Below, piece after piece: positions 1 to 7,950 of a stretch of DNA of 24,000 nt (positions are counted from its first letter, which is position 1; each line of letters starts with the position of its first letter). The notes under the pieces were generated by a model, which was given only the letters and a program-made list of their open reading frames with translations, was not told the DNA's origin and ran no database searches. The stretch spans positions 71,622 to 95,621 of the forward strand of contig CAZMRW010000001.1 of the NCBI GenBank assembly GCA_964568805.1, written 5' to 3'. The DNA comes from an uncultured Methylococcaceae bacterium (GTDB lineage: Bacteria > Pseudomonadota > Gammaproteobacteria > Methylococcales > Methylomonadaceae). Made by a program: the position numbers and the translations under genes.

Positions 1-35
1 CAATGCGGATGGAATTGATCATTAGCGGTCAGGTT

Positions 36-641
36 TTATCGGCTCGGAGCGGGTGCCGGAGCACCGAAATTGACTTCAGGCGGCACCGCAATCGCTTTTT
101 CATCCTCGACGGTAAATCCGGGTTTGGTTTTGTAGCCGAACAGCATCGCGGTGAGATTGGTCGGAAAGGACCTTACCGTGACGTTAAAGTCCTTGACTGC
201 GTCTATATAGCGGTTACGCGCCACGGTGATGCGGTTTTCCGTGCCTTCGAGCTGCGCCTGCAAATCACGAAACAAACCGTCGGCTTTAAGCTGCGGATAA
301 TTTTCGGCAACCGCCAGCAAGCGCGATATCGCACTGGTCATTTGCCCTTGCGCGGCGATGAATTTATTGAATGCTTCTTCATCGTCGACCAGTTCGGGCG
401 TGGCCTGGATGGAGCCGACTTTGGCGCGCGCCTCGGTTACTTGCGTCAGCACATCTTTTTCGTGCGCCGCATAGCCTTTGACGACATTAACCAGGTTCGG
501 CACCAGGTCGGCACGGCGTTTATATTGGTTCAGGACTTCGCTCCAGGAGGCCTTGATGTTCTCATCGGTCGTCTGCAGCGTGTTATAGCCGCATCCGGAC
601 AGGATAATCGCCATGAATGAAATAATCAGATAGTTATACAT
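36..641 (-). CDS. lemA: LemA family protein (probable lipoprotein)
   Basis: 201-aa ORF. The N-terminus has a lipobox-like LSGCGYN. It is followed by the LemA-family core (WSEVLNQYKRRADLVPNLV..VKGYAAHEKDVL..V..ARAKV, ENYPQLKA, RNRYIDAV..FN). The antisense ORF 3..620 is judged spurious. Confidence 0.9.
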   Translation of the reverse strand: MYNYLIISFMAIILSGCGYNTLQTTDENIKASWSEVLNQYKRRADLVPNLVNVVKGYAAHEKDVLTQVTEARAKVGSIQATPELVDDEEAFNKFIAAQGQMTSAISRLLAVAENYPQLKADGLFRDLQAQLEGTENRITVARNRYIDAVKDFNVTVRSFPTNLTAMLFGYKTKPGFTVEDEKAIAVPPEVNFGAPAPAPSR

Positions 642-650
642 AGTTTGTTC

Positions 651-860
651 TCACTGGTTAATGCGATAGCCATTGCAAAATGATCTTGGTTTTTTTAAAA
701 CGTGTATGCCTAAAAAAACGGCAGCGGCTATGCTTTCGGCTGTCGCAGGATGGGTAACGGGAAAAGTCCTGCCGGACAAAGCATGGTCCCTGCGGCCGTT
801 GATCAGAAGTTGTTTGGGCTGGCGGATAAAGTCAGCGGTTTTGGGGCCCAATACGGTCAT
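651..860 (-). pseudogene. Aldehyde dehydrogenase N-terminal remnant (truncated after about 50 aa)
   Basis: From the internal Met the translation reads MTVLGPKTADFIRQPKQLLINGRRDHALSGRTFPVTHPATAESIAAAV. This fits the ALDH-superfamily N-terminal pattern (LxIxG.w...sG.tF.v.nPATgE.ia.V). It then diverges and stops 10 nt before the lemA start, so there is no room for the roughly 450 aa that should follow. Confidence 0.45.
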
Positions 861-1160
861 GGCGGATCCTCTGAATGAATCTCTTATATAGAGGCAAGTA
901 TACCTGTTGAGTTCCAAATCGCCAGAGAATAATGGCGTTTAATACGCCACAAAAAATCAATGAGGCCAAATCAATCGGGTAAACCTCCATGGGATATCAT
1001 TGGGACAAGTTTTTGCCATGATTTTTTTTGCTGAACAGTGTGAGATGATGACGAATTGGCTGAAAATGCGTTTTAAACAACCGGTGTGTGTCAAATATAC
1101 CGATAACTGGTCACTGGCAGCATAGAACATGCCGCCCTGTTTTCGGAGATGATGGCGATA

Positions 1161-1192
1161 AACAGTTGAGCTAGCCGTTTAGCCCAACTGTT
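1161..1192 (-). terminator. Candidate stem-loop just downstream of the phosphodiesterase gene
   Basis: aacagttgAgcta-gccgtt-tagcCcaactgtt forms a 13-bp stem with one mismatch, 12 nt beyond the stop at 1204. No U-tract follows on either strand, so the terminator function is uncertain. Confidence 0.25.
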
Positions 1193-1203
1193 CCCGGATG
1201 CGG

Positions 1204-2451
1204 TTATTTCAAGTTCATGCAGTTGGCGTAATAGGTGACGGTCGCGGCCCAGTCGGAGAAAACGCCCATAACGCCTACATCTTTGGCGAGCACATCGAGC
1301 AGGATCATCGTGTCGCCGTCCGTTTCAATGCCGTCGGTGACGGATTGGTAGTAATAACCGCCGCCGTCCTTCAAAAGACCTGAGCGCTCCAGCGTCCAGG
1401 TGATAATCTTTAATCCAGATGCATTGATTGCCTTGGCATAATCGGAAGGGATTATTTTGTTATCAGCATCCAGCGTTACCAGAGTCCAGGTCGGGGGAGC
1501 CACGATCTGTATGCCGCCGGCAAGCAGTTCGGGCAATTTCGCGGTGGCTGCCACCACATCTTCCGGCGTGTTCAGGTCTTCGAGAGCGACGGCTTGTTTG
1601 CCGAATGCCGGCTCATGGCTAATCCAGTACAGTACGTCGTTTACATTAAAGGACTGAGGATAAACACGGTCAGGATTCACGCCGGCTTCCTTGTATTCAT
1701 CGATCATCTTCTGAGCATACACTTCCTGGCTGAAGCCATCGAACGGCATCGCGACACTGGGAGCTTTTAACTCGGGAGTCATTTTTACACCCAGTTTTTT
1801 GAACAACGCAATACTTTCCTTATGCGTCATCAGGATTCCGTTGCCGGCATATAAATCGGTACGAAAACCGGGGGTGGCATCCAGATAGCCGGCAACCGTC
1901 GTTGCATCGGGATTGCCGGCGTCCATCTTGCCCTTAAGCGACTTGAACTCAGCCAAGGTAATGTCGCTGGTGCAGCATTGAACGTTTGCAAAAGGCGTTG
2001 CGCTGGTAAAGTCCGGCGGTACCGAACATTTTCCGGCCAGCTCGGTTTCGAGAATATTCGTTGTGGTATGCAAATCGCATTGTGAATGACGGCAGACCAG
2101 TTCCTTATCCTTGGTAAAGGTGACATCGCATTCGACGATACCGGCTCCCATCTGTGCCGCTGCTTCATAGGATTGCCTGGTGTGTTCGGGAAATTGCAAG
2201 GCGGCGCCCCGGTGGCCGATCGAAAAATCGGTTTTATAAAAAGGGCCTTTTGAGCATTGCTGGAGAGCGCTTTTAAGCTCGCTCTGCTTCATATCCGAGA
2301 CCAGAAAAAACGGTCTTGGTCCCAACTGGACGTTTTGCCTGTGGTGTCGGCGATCGGCATCGTCATTGCCATTTTGGACGGCCGAGGCGACTAGCGGTGA
2401 CAACGCGGTCAATACCCCCACGCCGGCAAGTAGATTTTTAAACAAGCTCAT
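1204..2451 (-). CDS. Secreted glycerophosphodiester phosphodiesterase (GDPD) family protein
   Basis: The ORF track gives 1204..2589. I place the start at Met47 (ATG at 2451), which begins a signal peptide, [26 protein letters not shown], and has an AGAGG-like RBS upstream. The GDPD catalytic motif is [19 protein letters not shown]...[18 protein letters not shown]. Confidence 0.85.
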
Positions 2452-2624
2452 GATAGCCTCTGATTTGAATAATTTAAGTTGATAGGATTCAACCTGGAGG
2501 CTACAAACATTACGTTGTGATAATTTCCATTTGATGTCGATTTTGTTAACAATTGATGAAAGCAAATGGCGTTTCATTCCGAAGCGCATGCCGAATGTAA
2601 TCTTTTGATCGGAAAAAGCCGGAT

Positions 2625-2648
2625 CTAAAAGCCGGGGTTAAACCCGGG
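2625..2648 (-). terminator. Candidate rho-independent terminator after the zinc-ribbon gene
   Basis: On the minus strand this reads CCGGG-tttaac-CCCGG followed by CTTTTAG, 45 nt downstream of the stop at 2693. The stem is short (5 GC pairs), so confidence is low. Confidence 0.3.
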
Positions 2649-2692
2649 ATTCAATCAGAGTACTAAAAACCGACATTCGACCCAATCGAAGG

Positions 2693-3085
2693 CTATCTGG
2701 TTTCATTGCCGCCATGCTTTTTCGCCAGACCGGCGAGGTGGACTCGCCTGGCTTCTTCCTTTCGGGCATTTTCTTTTTCCCGGCACGAGCGGCAGAGCAC
2801 GGCATCGGTATTGATGTTCCCTTTCGCAACCTCGTACCACCATTTCTGTCTTGCGGCGGGCCAGACTTCTTCCGCGCCGCATTGCCGGCAAACGACCGCC
2901 TTATCGACATAGAACCGGGGCAGACGGCCATACGTATTGTTGTGCGCGAGTTCTTGTTGATCGGCGATGACGGCTCCCGGCGGGGGCTCACTATTCGGAT
3001 CGCACGTATCAATGCCGGCCAACGCTTTCGCACGTCTTAACCGGCTTTCCTCAAGCCGTCTGGTTTTGGACTCTTCGCTGGTCAT
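2693..3085 (-). CDS. Zinc-ribbon domain protein (zf-trcl-like)
   Basis: 130-aa ORF with paired Cys motifs, CRQCGAEEVWPAARQKWWYEVAKGNINTDAVLCRSCRE. This matches the 'probable zinc-ribbon' family pattern C..CG....W.A..QKWWYEVAKG......C..CR. The start ATG overlaps the upstream gene's stop (ATGA). Confidence 0.75.
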   Translation of the reverse strand: MTSEESKTRRLEESRLRRAKALAGIDTCDPNSEPPPGAVIADQQELAHNNTYGRLPRFYVDKAVVCRQCGAEEVWPAARQKWWYEVAKGNINTDAVLCRSCREKENARKEEARRVHLAGLAKKHGGNETR

Positions 3086-3468
3086 TGCTCCCGAGACGGT
3101 TTGGGCATCAGATACCAGAGAACGAATGCAATGAGAAAGAGAGCCGGCACATCGCCGACCAGGTTTATCCGGTCAGTCGGGTCGATAATGGCATAAATGA
3201 ACATGATGCCGCCGTGGACAATGCTCGACCAGACCGTAAACCAGATCAGGCTGGTATTGGCCAAAGGATTTTTTGCCGCCAGGATCAAAAACACGCCCAA
3301 GGTCGCGTAGACCCCCATAATCATATGTTCATATTCTGGTTGCGGCGGCGTCCAACCCCAGCCCGAAGGCCAGATCCACATCATCATCGCCGGGACACCC
3401 GCAACGAAAAGAACGCCGATCACATAAAGAGCAATTTTCAGATACTTGAGTTTTTCTTCTTGTTGCAT
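3082..3468 (-). CDS. Small integral membrane protein (4 predicted TM helices), function unknown
   Basis: 128-aa ORF with four hydrophobic segments and a GAGGA RBS about 9 nt upstream of the ATG. Its stop overlaps the downstream start by 4 nt. The antisense ORF 3085..3525 is rejected. Confidence 0.75.
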   Translation of the reverse strand: MQQEEKLKYLKIALYVIGVLFVAGVPAMMMWIWPSGWGWTPPQPEYEHMIMGVYATLGVFLILAAKNPLANTSLIWFTVWSSIVHGGIMFIYAIIDPTDRINLVGDVPALFLIAFVLWYLMPKPSREQ

Positions 3469-3582
3469 GACATTTTTCCTCTTGTGGTTTTAAAAAATGC
3501 TAAACAAATCAAACTGAGGGCGTGATTGCAAGACACGAACCCATTTTTCCACTTGCGACCGAGTAGTTAGGTCGTCACTTGA

Positions 3583-4233
3583 TTACGTTATGACCTCCGA
3601 GCCCCATTTCATGTTTCCAAACAAGAAGAACCCCAAACGGGGGTAGTAAACCGTGTCATTTGAGGCTCGGAGTGTAAAGACCCAAGCTTGCCGTTCGTTT
3701 GCAAGGGTTGCCCATGCTTCCCAAATGGAAGTATCTACCCACTTTATTTGTGCTCCGGCGAGACGTTCGTATTCGTCCCGACTCATGCAAGAAATCGTAC
3801 ACCTGAGGGGCACTTTAGGCGCTTCGCTTGCGTTCAGAAGCAGGTCCATCGCTTCGGAGTACTTGGAACCGACTGGCAGAACTTCAGGTATAAGAATCTC
3901 GAGCATTCGCCGGGGCGTTGTAATTTCATCCAATCGCGGTCCAACCACAGTTGCGCGATCTCTCGACACAGGAAGCCAACCCACTTGAGACGAGAGTTTG
4001 TATTTGCCCGTAGTGTGAAAGGAAACTTTTGGTTTCTCTAATGTTTTCGGGGCATCAATCTTTGGCGGCCTCACATCGCCCGCGATTCTATCAAAGACCG
4101 CTTCAACCTGTGACTGACATGTGTACGGAACCTGCATTACAACTGACTGGTCGGCCGACAAGCAGACACGCAACAGGTCGTAATGGGTGGATCCCACTTT
4201 CATGAGGACTCGCGAGTATTTATGTTTGCTCAT
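3583..4233 (-). CDS. Hypothetical protein, no recognisable domain (orphan)
   Basis: This 216-aa ORF is the longest in the region and the composition looks soluble. I see no signal peptide, no motif I recognise and no clear SD. It is flanked by AT-rich non-coding DNA. The overlapping + strand ORFs (3653..3988, 3688..4041) are shorter. Confidence 0.55.
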   Translation of the reverse strand: MSKHKYSRVLMKVGSTHYDLLRVCLSADQSVVMQVPYTCQSQVEAVFDRIAGDVRPPKIDAPKTLEKPKVSFHTTGKYKLSSQVGWLPVSRDRATVVGPRLDEITTPRRMLEILIPEVLPVGSKYSEAMDLLLNASEAPKVPLRCTISCMSRDEYERLAGAQIKWVDTSIWEAWATLANERQAWVFTLRASNDTVYYPRLGFFLFGNMKWGSEVIT

Positions 4234-4386
4234 TTGGCAATCGGTAGCCTAAATAATAAGTTGACACCTTATTAGGTGAATATAAATATACAATTGTTGA
4301 CGCATAACGCCATCCCGGCAAACCATTGGATTCAGATGCTATAACTTTCAATTTTTGATCGCAACCTTTTATACAAAATTAAGAAC

Positions 4387-4708
4387 TTATCCATAAATAA
4401 GAAAGCAATCAAAGTAGATCAATGAATCCCGTTTGCCGCGCCGAGCACCGCAGCTTTGGCCCGGAACAGCCCGGAAGGGGCGTGGCAGGATGCCACGCGT
4501 TGCCAAAGGAACAGGAAGTCCCTTTTGGCAACCCCGAGTCAAAGCGAGGAGCGCAGGATTCAAGCGGCAACCGGGCGGCTTTTTCTTTGGTTTCTTTCTT
4601 TTGGCCGCGCAAAAGAAAGAAACTCGCCTTCGGGTGCGAGTACCCGATAAAAATAATCGTCGCGATAGCGACGCCTTTCCATGACGATTTTTTGTTATTT
4701 ATGGATAA
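4387..4708. repeat. GC-rich multi-hairpin element bounded by 14-bp perfect inverted repeats (MITE-like, or a structured ncRNA)
   Basis: ttatccataaataa (4387-4400) is the exact reverse complement of ttatttatggataa (4695-4708). The core contains consecutive hairpins:
- 4480-4498: 8-bp stem
- 4499-4532: 11 to 12-bp stem
- 4590-4623: perfect 14-bp stem gtttctttcttttg/caaaagaaagaaac
- 4623-4640: imperfect hairpin with a ttcg loop
- 4658-4673: cgtcgc-gata-gcgacg

Four reading frames are open across it, which is typical of GC-rich non-coding DNA. Confidence 0.45.
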
Positions 4709-4864
4709 ATTCAAATAAAACGCATAAGAGTCCTTGATCAAGCCCACAAATTAAGCCGCCGATTCATCACAAAATTTATCAATACCCCCATGAATAAAGA
4801 TCATTTAACAGCCCCGATTCAATGGGGTACTGTTAATAGAATCTTTTTTTGTGGGAGCTATGTT

Positions 4865-5959
4865 ATGAATATCCTCGGTAAATTCGCAGCCTTTTTATTG
4901 CTGCTCGTCTTAGAAGCTCAGGCCAACGCCGGATCGAACTTCGACATCCTGGCCCGCCTCGATTCGGGGCCCGGTAACGTGACCGTGATGGCGAACGGAC
5001 GCATCATCATGAGCCTGCATCAGTTTTATCTGCCGAAATACACGGTGGTGGAGTATAAAAACGATACTCTCGTGCCGTTTCCCAATAAGGTATTGGCCGA
5101 TGCGGATTCGATGTCAAATCTTAAACTCGATTCGGTGCTGGGCATCCGGTCCGACGCCAACGGCATCGTATGGATGCTGGATAACGGCATGCGCAGCGGC
5201 GTCACGCCGAAACTGGTGGGTTGGGACACCAAAATCGACAGGCTGCATCAGGTCATCTATTTGCCGCAGCCGGTTGCGCCCGCCGATGCGTTTGTCAACG
5301 ATTTTGCAGTCGATACCCTGCGCAATCATATTTATATCAGCGACCCGGCGGGCGGGGGTAACGCCGCGCTGATTGTCGTCAATCTGAACACCGGAACGGC
5401 GAGGCGCGTACTGGAGGGCCATAGCAGCGTTATCCCTGAAGCTGTCGACCTGATCATCGACAACGTGCCGGTTCAAGTCAAAGATAAAAACGGAAAACTG
5501 GTTCGGCCTCATATCGGCGTCAACCCGATTACCGAAGATATGAACAACGAATGGGTGTATTTCGGCCCGATGCATGGGCACAGTCTTTACCGGATCAAGG
5601 CGGACGACTTGGCCAATGCCGGACTGGACAGCAAGACATTGGCGAATCGCGTGCAGCGCTACAGCGACAAACCGGTATCGGACGGCATCACGATCGATAA
5701 GGATAACAATATTTACCTGGGGGAACTGGCGGCAAACGCCATCGGCGTGATTGCGGCCGATAAAAGCTACCGAAGGCTGGCGCAGTGCCCGAAACTTTCA
5801 TGGGTGGATTCGTTCAGCTTCGGCCCGGCGGGACAATTGGTTGCGGTGGTCAATCGGCTGCATCAGTCGGCAGTGCTGAACGGCGGCGTGTCGAAATCGA
5901 AGCCGCCTTATTATCTGTTACGGGTGAAATCCCTGGCTGCCGGATTGCCGGGACGCTAA
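4865..5959 (+). CDS. Secreted major royal jelly protein / yellow family protein
   Basis: The ORF track gives 4790..5959. I place the start at ATG 4865, preceded by a GGGAG RBS. This gives the signal peptide MNILGKFAAFLLLLVLEAQANA. The body resembles bacterial MRJP-family proteins (VLGIRSD.NG.VWMLDNG, FVNDFAVD...HIYISDP, ALIVVNL.TG.ARRVL.GH). Confidence 0.8.
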   Translation: MNILGKFAAFLLLLVLEAQANAGSNFDILARLDSGPGNVTVMANGRIIMSLHQFYLPKYTVVEYKNDTLVPFPNKVLADADSMSNLKLDSVLGIRSDANGIVWMLDNGMRSGVTPKLVGWDTKIDRLHQVIYLPQPVAPADAFVNDFAVDTLRNHIYISDPAGGGNAALIVVNLNTGTARRVLEGHSSVIPEAVDLIIDNVPVQVKDKNGKLVRPHIGVNPITEDMNNEWVYFGPMHGHSLYRIKADDLANAGLDSKTLANRVQRYSDKPVSDGITIDKDNNIYLGELAANAIGVIAADKSYRRLAQCPKLSWVDSFSFGPAGQLVAVVNRLHQSAVLNGGVSKSKPPYYLLRVKSLAAGLPGR

Positions 5960-6001
5960 TGCAAAATTGATCAACCGCCTTAATTTGGCTGATGTTCCTT
6001 G

Positions 6002-6931
6002 CTAATCAGTTGAACCATTAATACTCCTGCCTATCGCTGTGATTTTATCCCGCAGCCAAAGATGGGCCGGATCCTTGTCCCGCAACGGATGCCAGATCAT
6101 GACCAAATCGTAGGACGGCAGGTCGATCGGCACCGGAAAAATTGCCAGCGGCGCCAATTTTTTAAACTGTTCGGCAATTCGATACGGCAGCGACAGGATC
6201 ATATCGGTTTCAGCAACGATCAGCGGTGCTGACAGAAAGTGCGGGACGATGAGCTTGATGCGCCGTTCCAGTCCCAGTTCGGTCAATTTCTGGTCGATGA
6301 AGCCCACATTGCTTCCTGTTCGGGATATCAGCATGTGGGGAACTGAAATATATTCCGCCAGTGAAGGCGCTTGTTTGATCAGCGGATGGTTTTCTTTGAC
6401 CATGCAAGCCATTCGGTCGCTGAATAACGGCTGGCAATGCAAGTGAGCGGGCGGGTTCAACACCGATTCGAAACCCAGCACGACATCCAGACTGCCGTTT
6501 TCCAATTGGGCAGCCGGAAACGACGACTCGGTGCGCTTGACATGAATATCGATGCCGGGGGCCACCTGGTCGATCAGTCCGAATAGCTCGGGAATTAACA
6601 GAAATTCCATGTAATCCGTGGCGGCCAGGACAAATCGGCGCTGACTTGTGGCGGCCTCAAATTCCAAAGGCGGCTGAATGAGTTGTTCCATCTCCGATAA
6701 TAAGGCCCTGACCGGCTCAATCAAGGCCAGCGCTCTTTCCGTCGGCTTCATGCCCGTCGGCGTTTTTACCAGCAGCGGATCGTCCAGGTGCTGGCGCAAT
6801 CTATGCAAGATATGGCTCATCGCCGATTGCGTAATAAACATGTGCTCCGAGGCGCGGGTCACGTTGAGTTCCCGCATCAGCACATCAAACGCCACCAATA
6901 AATTCAGATCGAAGGTTCTTAAATTAGACAT
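6002..6931 (-). CDS. LysR family transcriptional regulator
   Basis: I place the start at Met19 (ATG at 6931), giving the canonical LysR N-terminal HTH MSNLRTFDLNLLVAFDVLMRELNVTRASEHMFITQSAMSHILHRLR. A substrate-binding domain of about 200 aa follows. The gene is divergent from pxmA. Confidence 0.9.
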   Translation of the reverse strand: MSNLRTFDLNLLVAFDVLMRELNVTRASEHMFITQSAMSHILHRLRQHLDDPLLVKTPTGMKPTERALALIEPVRALLSEMEQLIQPPLEFEAATSQRRFVLAATDYMEFLLIPELFGLIDQVAPGIDIHVKRTESSFPAAQLENGSLDVVLGFESVLNPPAHLHCQPLFSDRMACMVKENHPLIKQAPSLAEYISVPHMLISRTGSNVGFIDQKLTELGLERRIKLIVPHFLSAPLIVAETDMILSLPYRIAEQFKKLAPLAIFPVPIDLPSYDLVMIWHPLRDKDPAHLWLRDKITAIGRSINGSTD

Positions 6932-7011
6932 TTGGGAGATTTTCAATAGTGTCAGAAGGCGGTGATCCGGCGTTATGGTAACCAAACATTAGAGTGCACT
7001 GGCCATGAATT

Positions 7012-7027
7012 ATGTCGATAGTGACAT
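7012..7027. promoter_or_regulatory. Candidate LysR-type operator (ATGTC-N6-GACAT)
   Basis: This is an inverted repeat, atgtc gatagt gacat, in the 253-bp lysR/pxmA divergent intergenic region. It lies about 80 bp upstream of the lysR start and about 160 bp upstream of pxmA. The arms are only 5 bp and the spacing is T-N12-A rather than the classic T-N11-A. Confidence 0.2.
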
Positions 7028-7184
7028 GAAATTTAAACATTTAACAAAGCCTCTTATTCAACCTACTGTATGGCTCAAGCGCATTGTTAAGATTGAGTCG
7101 GTTCTCTTTAATGGTAATGGACTTAATGACTGATCGGCAATATTTACGACGCGCTCATTAATAATTAATTTTGGAGAAGCATAC

Positions 7185-7937
7185 ATGTCAGTCAATATTT
7201 CAAATCGGGCTGTTCAGCCCTATACCGGAGAAAAAGCCAGGATTACCCGCGCTTACGATTATCTGATCCTGGTATTGGCACTTTTTCTGTTTATCGGTTC
7301 CTTTCATCTGCATTTTGCGTTGACCGTCGGTGACTGGGATTTCTGGGTGGACTGGAAGGACCGGCAATGGTGGCCGCTGGTAACGCCTCTGATGGGCATT
7401 ACCTTTCCGGCGGCAGTGCAGGCCGTCTTGTGGGATAAATTCCGTCTGCCGCTGGGCGCCACCTTGTGTGTCTCGGCCTTGTTGATAGGAACCTGGGTAA
7501 CCCGGATATTCGCCTATCACTACTGGAATTATTTCCCCGTCAACATGGTGTTGCCTGCAACGATGCTGCCGGGTGCGCTCGCCCTGGACGTTATTCTGAT
7601 GTTGAGCAACAGCCTGACGATTACCGCGATTTTCGGAGGCGCGGCCTTCGCGCTGCTGTTCTATCCCAGCAACTGGCCGATCTTCGGCCTGTTTCATCTG
7701 CCTGTCGAGTACGGTAATGGTCAGTTGACGGTAGCCGATCTGTTCGGCTTTGAATACATCCGGACCGGCATGCCGGAATATTTGCGGATCATTGAAAGAG
7801 GCACATTGCGTACTTACGGACAATACGCGACGCCGCTATCGGCATTTTGTTCGGCCTTGCTTTGCTCTCTCATGTACACCCTGTGGTGGTACATCGGCAA
7901 GTGGTTCGCAACTGTTCGTTACCTTACCAAAATCTGA
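7185..7937 (+). CDS. pxmA: Copper membrane monooxygenase subunit A, pXMO-type (PmoA/AmoA family)
   Basis: 250-aa polytopic membrane protein with PmoA/AmoA-family features (GDWDFWVDWKDR.WWP, YPSNWP, HLPVEY). A GGAG RBS sits 10 nt upstream. It is the first gene of an A-B-C ordered operon, which distinguishes pxm from pmoCAB/amoCAB. Confidence 0.85.
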   Translation: MSVNISNRAVQPYTGEKARITRAYDYLILVLALFLFIGSFHLHFALTVGDWDFWVDWKDRQWWPLVTPLMGITFPAAVQAVLWDKFRLPLGATLCVSALLIGTWVTRIFAYHYWNYFPVNMVLPATMLPGALALDVILMLSNSLTITAIFGGAAFALLFYPSNWPIFGLFHLPVEYGNGQLTVADLFGFEYIRTGMPEYLRIIERGTLRTYGQYATPLSAFCSALLCSLMYTLWWYIGKWFATVRYLTKI

Positions 7938-7950
7938 CGGAGGCCGGTTT

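Noticed and set aside
3-620. 205-aa ORF on the + strand
   Set aside because: It is entirely antisense to the well-supported LemA gene. The translation is Arg/Gly-rich and low in complexity with no recognisable motif, as expected for a shadow ORF.
4260-4288. Sigma70 promoter built on the perfect TTGACA at 4260-4265 (+ strand)
   Set aside because: No acceptable -10 hexamer lies at 16-18 nt spacing: tataaa is only 14 nt away and aaatat at 17 nt is poor. The hexamer also lies in the loop of a hairpin.
4409-4747. Four overlapping ORFs (64-112 aa, both strands) inside the GC-rich element
   Set aside because: Openness in several frames at once, Arg/Gly/Pro-rich translations, no RBS and dense hairpin content all indicate non-coding structured DNA.
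5114-5581. 155-aa antisense ORF within the MRJP-family gene, and similar long antisense ORFs at 7200..7823, 16753..17193, 17218..17727, 20929..21402 and 22360..22761
   Set aside because: Each lies fully inside a strongly supported gene on the opposite strand. Each has an Arg/Gly/Pro-rich composition with no motifs or RBS.
7750-7950. N-terminal extension of the pxmB ORF (tracked as 7750..9189)
   Set aside because: It overlaps the 3' end of pxmA in another frame and encodes a Cys/Arg-rich non-protein-like peptide. ATG 7951 has a good RBS and starts a proper signal peptide.
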